From assembly GCA_017499595.2 (NCBI GenBank), contig CM039003.1, positions 2,728,001 to 2,792,000 of the forward strand: 64,000 nucleotides of DNA. The letters run 5' to 3'. The notes under the pieces are model-generated. The model was not told where the DNA came from. It was given only the letters and a program-made list of their open reading frames with translations, and did not search any database. A program made the position numbers and the translations under genes. Positions 44,308 to 54,792 of this stretch are shown here, in pieces. The first letter of the stretch is position 1; each line of letters begins with the position of its first letter. The stretch is from Psilocybe cubensis (Eukaryota).

Positions 44308-44757
44308 AAGCACTGGAGTGGTGAGATTGAAACTAATAATTCCACCACTGCAGTGGTATAAGTTATGTAGACAATTTCACCACTTCAGTGGTACAAATCA
44401 TGTGCACTGTTCTAGCACTTGAGTGATATAAGATACATTCTAAATGTTACCACTCCAGTGGTGTAGAAATTATAAAAGTAGCAATAATTACTATTCTTAG
44501 CATTGTATTTATTCTATCTGACACACAACTATGACTACTGCAGTGGTGGAATACAACAAGTCAATTTCAGCACTGAAGTGGCAAACTCCAACATATTAAT
44601 TTCACCACTTCAGTGCTGATATTAACTTGCTACATTCCACCACTGAAGTGGTCATACTTACATGCTGTTCTTGATCACTGGAGTGATCAAATTTACATGT
44701 CGGATTTGACCACTTCAGTGGTGAAACTAACATGTCAATTTCACCACCGCGGTGGTC
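44308..44757. repeat. Array of 12 palindromic repeats (CACCACTnnAGTGGTG consensus) at 35-bp period with variable AT-rich spacers
   Basis: CACTnnAGTG-type cores start at 44311, 44346, 44381, 44416, 44451, then after an 85-bp step at 44536, 44571, 44606, 44641, 44676, 44711 and 44745. Confidence 0.92.
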
Positions 44758-46340
44758 ACGTGGGTCACGTGCTTTCCGCCGGACACTCCGTCCGGCGGAA
44801 ATTATGATTATATTAATCCATTCTATCTGAAGAATTGTTTGAGATGCTACAAATGTATCAGGTTAAAATAAGTCTTGGCAGATAAGAGCGCGCCTCAAGA
44901 TTGTTCTAAACTAACCCTGAACGTGTACCTTGCTTTGTAGACTAACCTCAGGTGTTATTGCATTTGACTGTTGACATAGGGCATCCACAGTAGCACTCAT
45001 CGATGTCGGATAAGATATATATCATATTCAAGCCAAATCTAACCATATATAGATCTGATAATAAATGATTCTCTTGTTTACCTTACTCCCAAATCCTTAT
45101 CTGCCAAAGCCAATAACTTACCCATGGCTTTATGCCAGTTTCCAGTTTTCACCGAACGCGTCGCGTTGCGTCAATTTAGTGGAGTACCAAAAAAGAATAC
45201 AATCAAGCAGGCTTAGCTGTTTAAACTACCAAAAACTTGATCAAGCTGAATAATTTGCATTGTATGTTATACGCATTTACGAATAACAAATCCATTGTCT
45301 ACCCGAGTTAGGTTATATACAGATGAGGGCCGTCAAGTTACAATTAGTAACTGCACTGCTGAAAATGGCGGACTTTGTGCAAATTGTCTTCAATGACTGA
45401 CTCAAGGAGCCAAAATTTCTGCTACTGCTGTAGCTGGCAACGTCAGCTTTACTAAAGCTGTAGTGTTTGGGGACAGCAAATATTTAATGAATATTCACAT
45501 AGCAGCTGCCAATCTGCTGTATTCACTCGTGAAGCTCAGCTGAAAACGCTCAACGAAAAGTGCAACGACATCAATCCCCAGTCAGTCCGAGTTTATATTG
45601 TTACGAAAACTATGGAACTCGATTTTATTAATCGACACCAGATTTGCCCTACCAGTTAAAGTAACCCCAAAATCGCGACCAAGTTGCATTTTGAAGTACC
45701 GCTATTCGGAAGCCGGCAAAGCTAGCCCCCACGCAGGGTTCACTAATACACGGCTTCGTCGGTCGCCTTGCAATCTTTGGGTTTGATCTTTCCGCTCAGG
45801 GGCATTATCCGCCGCTTAAACTGACTTTACACGCTGTTTTCACACCACAAGTTGCAATTGCCATACAGTTCCGGAACCGCTGCCTGACTATGATATTTTC
45901 CTCCGCCCAGACCCCGCTCACCACCTTTGATAGTCAACGTTTAGTTGAAAATGAGCACTGAGTTGTACAATTTCACTACTTTTCAATGGGTACAATGTTA
46001 CTTACCAAGATCTCAGATATAAATTTTTTCAAGATGGAACTTACATCTTTGGTGTTTGCAGCGATTCCGTGCCAGAAGGGGTGTCACGGGGTCCTTCTCC
46101 CAGGAAAATTTGATCCACGATTCCATGTGCTCACACTGCCAACAACAATGGAGATCAAGTTGCAGCATTGGACCATCTTATATTTGTACCCTCTCCGCTC
46201 CATGAAAGTTTGTGGGAAGGGGAACATTCGGACGCGGCTTTGACTCATCCCTTTACGCGTCAAAAGCAGACGGAAATTCAAACTTTTCACTAATCTTCAA
46301 GCAATCGACAACCAGAATTCTCGTATATCCGACTGCAATC

Positions 46341-47587
46341 ATGATCTCGATCTTTGTCAACCAGGCCGGAGACGGTGTTGGGGGTACACAACTTCAATTT
46401 TACGAGGCTGGCGACGCGTGAGTGTAGCAGATACTCTGTACGTATTGATAGAGTCTTTAACATTCTCTAGCTTTTGGAAGGACCTACGATATATACCCTT
46501 GCTTCTAACCGGAATTTTCTCCTTCTCCCAGTTGACGCACGCTGTGTGCAGCCGTTTCAAGTACGGAAGGAGACCAAACGAGGCAGCCGCGTCAACGGAG
46601 GAGCGTAGGGGATTTCTTGCAAGGTGGCGCTGGCACATTCATTTACATGGAGGATATGTAATCTATGCGTATATGGTTGCTCGTTTGGTGGGTTCGGTCG
46701 GGTTGCTGTATATTTTCTTTACTACCGCCATTGGCGACTGCGAGAAGGCAACTGGGAACAATGGGTGGACGTTTTCTCCGTTATGTGTTCAGACAGCTCT
46801 GACCATTGCACATGTAAGTCGTTAACAAGATCATCTCTCACTCCACGTTTTCTTATCCTGTCGTAGGCCTACGCGACCTTATTAGCCGTAACGACCTTCT
46901 CCCTGAATTTCAGGCCATTAGCTCCAGCTAGATTCCATGTCACCATTCTCTGTTCCATTCTTGCAATATACGCTTACCGCGATATCTGGCCCCTGGCAAA
47001 CTATGGCTCAGTTCCAAAAGATCAAGCGGAAGGGAATATCCTCTGGGTTAAGATTGCGCTTCTTGTCGTCACAGGAGTGATCATTCCTTTGTTCATACCC
47101 CATCCATATGTTCCAGTGGACCCTAAGGTACGTTCCCATCAGATTTTGGCGCGTCAAGGTTCAAACTTCTTTTTAGAATCCTTCTCCTGTTCCCAACCCC
47201 GAGCAAACTGCTTCATGGATCTCAGCATTAACATATACATACGCGGACCCTATTATCATTTTGGCAAACAAGGTCGCTCATCTTCGACACGACCAGTTGC
47301 CACCGCTATCCGATTACGACTTTGCTCAGTATCTTTCGGAAAGCGCTGCCAAGGTACATTTGAACCCACATATTAGTTATGAATATGGCATAGTATGTCG
47401 ACCCTTTCGCTGGAGCAAAACGTCGCCATTTGTTTTTTGGCTTGTTAAGCTTTTTCCGTGAGTTTGAGGCAAATTTCTCCAAAACCTTTCAGTGAACTCT
47501 TATGCACGAATGTGAATAGGAAGAGAATATATAATTATATCTCTCAGTATTGTATTTCACGGGTTAATGAGTTTTGTTGCCCCTCAA
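46341..47587 (+). pseudogene. 5'-only fragment of an ABCC transporter (paralog of gene 2), copy 1
   Basis: Exons MISIFVNQ…, DLRYIPLLL…YMVARLVGS, YRDIWPLANYG…[46 protein letters not shown] and RRHLFFGL. Homology stops after FVAP; no NBD follows. Confidence 0.85.
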
Positions 47588-47809
47588 GTAAGCGTTAAAA
47601 GTTTGATTGTTTTCATCGCTCTCATTATCTGGAAACCCGTCAATTCGGTACCAATTCTTCTGGGTCTTATGTTGTCCACGAGCGCTTGTCTCGCTTGCTA
47701 GTTTTTCTGGCGAGTTTTGACTCGGTAGAGCGTGTTTAGATGATGAAATCTAATTATATCTCAAAAAAACAGCGTAGTCCATACAACACAACACCTTTCT
47801 TTTATCGTA

Positions 47810-50800
47810 CAAGCAGAGGTTAGCCCCGCCCGAAGGCCAAGCAGGGGCATAACCGGTCTATCTACTGATACAAAGACTTACCTCCAGGCTGTCATTCGTG
47901 ATATCCTGTAACAAAATGTGAATCAACGCGCATGAACAAGGTAAAACACTCACAAGGTGGTGGGTGCTTCGTGGGAATGGGCTCGCGGTCTGCGCAGATG
48001 TTGGGGAAGTGGTCGGGTATTCCGTGCACGGGCCATGGACGCGTCGACACGTATGCACAAGTCCTGGCCGTCAGCCCAGGCAATATCTGCGAGGCAACAC
48101 CATGAGACCGTAAGCACGGCGGGTTGACACAAAGACGGGGGCTTCCCTTGTGTCGTCAACAAGTTCCACGTACTTTGCGTCATTGCGCAAAGTGGACTAC
48201 GTGGGGTGCACCCTCTTCTCCATCAACAAGGCTTCTCTTCTCGGAATGCCGTTGCAGCAGAGTGCACGGGCCGTCGACTTGCACTACGTATCATCTGAAA
48301 CTGCTGTTAGCATCCACTACATTTAATGTAAGAATATAATACGTACTTTTTAGACAAATTCTCTGCCACCGGACGGCGATCTCTCAAACAACCTGCCCAT
48401 GCCGCCGGATTTCCATATGTTGTGTCGTCGTCCTGGCGTCGAGTTCCCTGTGTCTAACGCCTAACCCTTGGATCGACAGTGGTATGGAGTCCGTACAAGG
48501 GACGTTCATTCGGGCGACACAACTTCGTGATGTGGGCGGCTCCTGAACTGGGTGATGACACAGAGCGACCACAGGACTTTGACAAGTCGCGTCGATACGT
48601 GTTCGCTGGTCGGGGGACGTCGATACATAGCGTCAGGCCGACGCATGAGTCCTGCTTGCCATCGAGTGACACTCTTCATCCCATCAAGGCGCCGACGTGT
48701 CAGGGCAAGGGTATCACGTCACAACACAAACGCGTATGCAGCTCGATGGATGTCGATAACGAGCACAGATTCCGGCCGCCGGATTTTGATACGTTGCGTC
48801 AGAGCCAAATGGGACGCGTGCGCGGGTCGGGGGACGTCGATACATAGCGTCAGGCCGACGCATGAGTCCTGCTTGCCATGGGATCGTGGATTGACATTCT
48901 TCATCCCATTACAGCAGCGACAGAGACCCCAGCCGCCAGATTTCGACACATTGCGTCAGGGAAAGACGAGGGGGTATGGTGTCACGGAAACAACGCGCAT
49001 GCAGCTCGATGGATGTCGATAACGTGCACAAATCCCGGACGCCGGATTTCGATACGTTGCGTCAGAGCAAAATGGGAAACGTGCGCGGGTCGGGTCGGCG
49101 GACGTCGATATATCGTGTCAGGACAGGTATGGCGGGGAATATGAGGTAATTCCACTAGGAAGCAGATTTCGATATGGTGTGTTGGGGCAAAATGAGACGC
49201 GTGCACGGAACGGGGGACGTTGATACATGGTGTCAGACCAACGGATGAGTCGCGACGTGTAGGTGAGTTGCTTTGAGGCGATCATGCAGTACCCTGGTCG
49301 GCGGACGTTGATATATCGTGTCAGGGGTATCCGAGGTGATTCTACTAGATAACATCAAATAAAGTACGGTCAGGGGTGTTAGGGAAATTTTAAAAAAGAC
49401 TTGTAACATACCTGAGGTGTATAGAGTCAATCTTCAAGGTATTATGACCGATGTCTGTGAAAAAAGCTACAATAAAGTCAAGATATAATTGAGTAACACA
49501 TAGACAAGGACATACCAGAGACTTATTAGACTCTGCGGAAGCGCAAAAACACGCTCTCGGCCTTAATCCCAATCGCAGATCTCGAAATGACACGAGGGGA
49601 GCCTATGGAGAAGTCAGGAATGTTGGAGAAGAGAGGGAGGGAGGGCTTACAGAGGCGGGATGAGTTCGAATGAAAGGCAAAAGCATGGAGATGGTCGATT
49701 CCTGGATTCGTTTTTCAGTTCTTTGTTTGGCAGGGTCACGATGTGCAAACATACCAAACAGGACACAAGTTGTCGTCGTCGGACTTGCAGCTTGCGGATG
49801 GCCACAAAGACGCCCAGCATAACGGGCATTATCTGAAAAAAGGTATGTTCCTTTACTCCTCCTTATATACCTTTTCTCTGCCAAGTAATTACATGATTTG
49901 TCGCGTTTCATTCAACAATCTTTGTTGATTCAAGGTACACATTCGGTGGTTATGGAGGTATGTTGTATTCTACTCCGGCTGAGCAGTATACGTCCGTGAC
50001 GTTATCGGTTTCTCTGCAGCCTAACCCGTTCGCCAAGTCTACGCCGGCATATCCTCCCTGAATCGTTTGGAGTGAACATCCGTGTTTCCTGGACGTTTCA
50101 CAACCTTCGCTCTCGCATTCCAGATCCCAATCTCATGTCTTTGACCCTCCTGCATCTACACATGCAGAAATACACTCGGAGGTAAGACTCCATTTTTTTT
50201 TCATTAGCTCCGGTGGAGGAAACCAGTACCTCAATCCAATTGATCGACTGACGACTTCCTCACAATAGATTTCTCAACAGGTCTGTACTTTTACCTCTAT
50301 TCGAGTCTTTTGGTGCGCTCAAACAATGTTGCATTTACAGTTAAATTCTCTTTCTATGGGTACTCATAGCTTGCCGTCCCATTGCACCCCATTCCACTGA
50401 ATACCGACAAGAATTAAACCAGTGAGCGGCGTCAATAAATCAGGCCCATTACATACTTACATTCAACTAATTTTTTGATAGGTTTGCCGATTCCCCGAGC
50501 ATACCAAATCATGTTCTGCTCGTCCCTGAACTCCGCTTTTTTCACCCACTGCCACGTCTCTCCTTCTTCCCTCACCATTGTTTAGGCCGCCTACTCCCCC
50601 TCTTCAAGATACACTAGGTGAGCTCGCGTGTTCAATACGATTGAAAGATACTCATGAATCTTGTGCTCATTACAGTCACGGAGACTTGTTCTTGTCGTCC
50701 AGCAGAGGCTCGTCGCCGTTGACGTGACTGTGCACGTATTTCTCGTGTGCCCTCGCCCATGCAGACTCAATCTAACACGCACAGGGATATAACTACACTG

Positions 50801-53138
50801 AGGTCATATTTCCAAGGTCTGTGTACGCTCTCTCTTCATCACTTGCTAAATTAATCACCATCTTTGTTAGGACGCCATCCCCCAGGAGCTTGAGCTGCAA
50901 TAACGCGATATTTGGTGAGCATTGTCACCTTTTCATTTAGACTTCGTTAACATGACACACTTTGTATATTTTAGTGAATACATTACATCCAGAGATCGAC
51001 AATATACCCGCGTTTATTGTTATTTAGGTGGTTGTGGGAACAAGAGGGGGCGATGAGATCGACTTGTGGAGGTGAGTATTTGTTCCGTTACTTCCGAATC
51101 CAATATTGATATCCTCGCGAAGGGAGTGCTGTTTAACCGTGTAGGTAAGTCTGTCATTCTCAGAGTGATGTAATGATTTTTAACCACCGTGCCAACATCT
51201 CTAGATCTCAGTTCCACATTCCTTCGTCCCCCACGTAATCCGCTATCTCCCACTTTGAATGCTTATTACATCTCCTCGCCTATCTAATCGTGTGGATAAG
51301 TCTGCATTTTCAGAGTGATGTAACAATTTCTACTGCCCGCGCCAAAATCTCCAGATCTCCGGGCCAGTGTTTCTACATGCCTCCGTCCCCTCGTAATCCT
51401 CTACATCCATTTTAAATGTTCTCAGCAACTCGGCACTGTGGAGATACGACAGGTGTAATGCGAGTGAGGTCAGAAATTCAGCTAGCATTGATTCAAGGAT
51501 ACAAACTTGCAATTTAACATAGAATACTCGCTCGTATACTTGTCGTTCTTGCCTTGATTAAGCTGGACTTTTCCTGAGTCTGGGGAAGCAGCTTTTGAGT
51601 TGAATCAGCAGCTTCAAAACAATCTGTGGCCATGTTATGTTGAAAAACATCCATGTTACCCGCCAATATTGTACTTTATTCCGCATTATTGTAGTCAAAA
51701 CCTATCGTACATCGATGTATAAACTAGCTACTAGTATGATAGACACATATACATAGAAATCACGTGCAGACATCGATAAAAGTCCAAAAATTCTAATTTA
51801 ACCAAGTTCTCCTCGAGTCCCAATGTATTCATTCACTAGTGTGTTCGCAAGAAGAGCATATAAGATTAGCCACGGAGACCCTGTAACAGAGTTATACCGT
51901 AGTTTCAAACGCACCTAAACATGATACTTCGCTCCAATAATGCTGTGAGCCGAAATAAAAGTAGGCACCACGTACATCTCCTCCTCCCCCAAATCACGAA
52001 ATTACACGATTGCAAACGGTTTGCTCGCATCTACCTGGCATTCAAGCATTGCATAACGGCACCGGGTACCTCCGAAGGCAAGATGTAGAGAAGATCGATG
52101 CAAGTCAATCGAAGTTGAACATGTATCAAAACATTACATTCCATTTAGACGCACCTGATCACAAAACGAGAAAATCCGGGTCTTCCATGAAGATCCTGAA
52201 TAAAATGAAATTATACATTGGAGGAGGTTATGTGAGATAAGATAAAAAGGGATTTCACACGGCATCCAGATGAAAATTGGGACTGTCATTTGTTAAGCGC
52301 CCAAAACGACTCCAAGACGGTACTCTCATATATTTAACACATAGCGTCCTCTATTTCCCCACCAATCAGTGACAAAGCAGTACATTAGGAGTGGACTATG
52401 GATACACACACGATATACAGAGCTACAAGTCAGCTCCATGAAGATTGCGAAGGGAATGACGAGAATTCACGGATGTATGTCATCCGGTCTACTCCTCCAG
52501 CTCCAATTCCGCGTTTCTAGCGTAAAAACACGGTTTCCTCGCATCTCGGGAGAACATCACGTCATGCTGTCATCAATAGACACATGCCGTGAACGTTTGT
52601 ACGAGATTGACGGAGACATTTTGAATGCGAGAATTTGTTGAATTGAAGATACGAAGGGTTACATACCTTTCATTTCGCCTCGATTTTGAGCCTGAACGGC
52701 AAATAGACGTTGGATTGAGTGTCCAGGACGCCTTCCAAGTCCAATGTAACAAAGAGAATGAGTCTAGTACAAGAATTCAAAATTTTTTGAATACTCGCCA
52801 TAATGATTTTCATTGTCCTCCAACTCGTATTTTTCCAAATTCACTGTAATTGCGCATGCATGTGAGCTTAGTATAGCACATGGTAGTAATACTTACCCAT
52901 TCTATCACGATTACAGCCCACAGACAAACGTTGGACTCGACAACGTACTCAAAATGCCAAGTAACCCAGGCTTCTCCTCCTGCCCCATTTCGCCGTTTCA
53001 CGACATTCCAAACGCCGTCTCTTCTGGAACACATGTGAGTATCTCTACATCTCACCATATGCATCCGGATGACGTGAGTTGGAATGCTAGGTAGATGGTT
53101 AATTAGTAGACTCGAGATTGAAGGGGAATGAAGGCACA
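47810..53138 (-). mobile_element. Putative non-autonomous Helitron-like element, 3' end at 47810 (5' end not located)
   Basis: Minus strand reads …GGTTATGCCCC TGCTTG GCC TTCG GGC GGGGCTAACC TCTG CTTG|T: a GC-rich hairpin a few nt before a CTTG end followed by T. The interior has minisatellites and spliced-looking fragments but no long ORF. Confidence 0.4.
48400..49330. repeat. Complex GC-rich minisatellite built on GA(C/T)(G/T)TCGATACRTNGCGTCAG motifs
   Basis: GGTCGGGGGACGTCGATACATAGCGTCAGGCCGACGCATGAGTCCTGCTTGCCAT at 48608 and 48825; GCTCGATGGATGTCGATAACG at 48741 and 49004; further degenerate copies. Confidence 0.8.
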
Positions 53139-54613
53139 TACATGTTATCCGCGTTGTCTGGACTTTATGCCGTGTCTGCGAGCGATGTATGTGCACTAGA
53201 AGAAATAGATCTAAGGTAAAGGTGTTAAATATTACCTGCACATGTTTTGAACAAGACCAGAAATCGAGTGGTGAAGAATGAAGGTGATACGTACATTGAT
53301 ATTACAGTTGCATTCACCAAGTATTACCGGCATTGTACGTGGTGTGCCATTGAAATACATGGTCGTATATCTGCTCTATAGTGTAGTCGAGTATACGAAG
53401 CACCACCAAAGTTGATCTCCGACTCACCAAACGTGTGTTTGTATAATCTCGATTCTAACATTTCTCCATCCCCCATTCGCCCTAGCACTCGTTTCCAAAC
53501 GTTTGCTTCGTTTCCGGGTGTCTAATATATTCCCATCAGACCTAAACATTGTTACGACACCTGTCAGTAGAGATGTAACTGAGAACCAACGAAAAAACAA
53601 ACGAAATTTGTTTGAATGCGAGGGGGACCTGGACAGCGGATCTACATGGAGAACGGCGCTTGTCGTCGTAATTCAGGTGTGGTGTGCATTTGAAACATTC
53701 GAGCGTTACGATACCTTGAACATTATCGTTCATGGGAGACGCTGGAGCCGAGTGAAGTCGAAATTGGATCGACACTTGTATTCGAAGTATAATGCACAAT
53801 AGACAAATCGTAGAATACACGCAATTGGAATTATCCAGGTAATTGGGTGGACCAGGAACAATTATCGCCACCTAGTATACCATAGCAAAGACGGTTTGTT
53901 ATTCCAGAATATCAACCCAACCTCAAATCATCAACATACCTGTGCAAATACGACATGCTCCTCCTCCCCCAATCCATCCATTTTCCGCGCTCAAAACGCT
54001 TGTTCCTCACGCGGACCTGAGTTCCTTGCATCACGGAGTTACATATGGACGCATCACAGCATGCTGGAATGAAAAGTAGACTGTTGAATATCGAAGACGT
54101 ACCACAATTGCAGGTGCCGTATGGTGCGATTAGGATGATCGCCCCGGGTTGTCTATGTTTCCAGGGCAAATATCGGCACGTAAGGTGTTTAGTTTGATGT
54201 GAGAATGCCCAGAGATACTCTGAGCGAGCGATGGAGTGGATAACATAGACCGGCAGAGACAGAGATTGACAGTTTAAAGCTCATGTAGCCATTAATCCGA
54301 GTTCCATAGCAGCAAAACATATGATTTTCAAGGCAAATCCACAAAGCAGCAGCAGCAGCACAGAACAGATAGATCCCATAGAGCTAGCCATCCATAGAAA
54401 GCAATTCAAATCTCGAATCTCGAAATCTAACAAACAGGGGACGGGGAGATGCAAGTCGAATGAAAGACGAACCACACATGTTGCGCAACCTCTCGCTTAG
54501 CGCCCGCTTGTCTCGTTCGCGTCTTTCCCCTTTCAAACATGGGCGTCACGTTTGCGTTTTCAACATACACACGAATGCGGATATACATGCCAGCAGAGAG
54601 AGGTACGGAATTG

Positions 54614-54792
54614 TATAAAAGGAGGGGTGAGAGCTGACCGGATTTCCTCATCCCCCTCTCCCATTCGCACTCTGCCTCCAGCTCCCTTGTCCGCTCTCTT
54701 CTCTCGACGCTTTTGGTGAGTTTGTACACCATTTCCCGTTGTTCAGGACTGACGCAGTCGTACAGGGAAGGCTATGAGGTACCAAGGTAAGT
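54614..54792 (+). promoter_or_regulatory. Orphan Pol II promoter-like module: TATA box, CT-rich leader, 5' intron and ATG micro-exon
   Basis: TATAAAA at 54614, then a pyrimidine-rich tract, intron GTGAGT…CTGAC…TACAG (54716-54765), 21-nt exon with ATG at 54774, and donor GTAAGT at 54787. Confidence 0.4.

Larger units (their letters stand above)
44015..44823. mobile_element. Non-coding composite element: imperfect TIRs, telomere-like tract, palindromic 35-bp array, terminal hairpin
   Basis: Ends GAATGGATTA…TAATCCATTC are inverted. Subterminal TCCGCCGGAC and CACGTGAC motifs occur at both ends in inverted orientation. Perfect 11-bp stem TTCCGCCGGAC-ACTCC-GTCCGGCGGAA at 44774-44800. No TSD evident. 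Confidence 0.6.
45738..53138 (+). repeat. Segmental direct duplication, copy 1 (~7.4 kb; partner 56752-63757)
   Basis: Shared sequence begins GTTCACTAATACACGGCTTCG and ends GGGGAATGAAGGCACA in both copies; colinear throughout with indels. Confidence 0.92.

Noticed and set aside
44308-44757. Bona fide CRISPR array
   Set aside because: Eukaryotic intron-rich context, no cas genes, repeats only ~16 bp and degenerate, and spacers short (18-19 nt) and partly related to each other. Kept as an unusual repeat instead.
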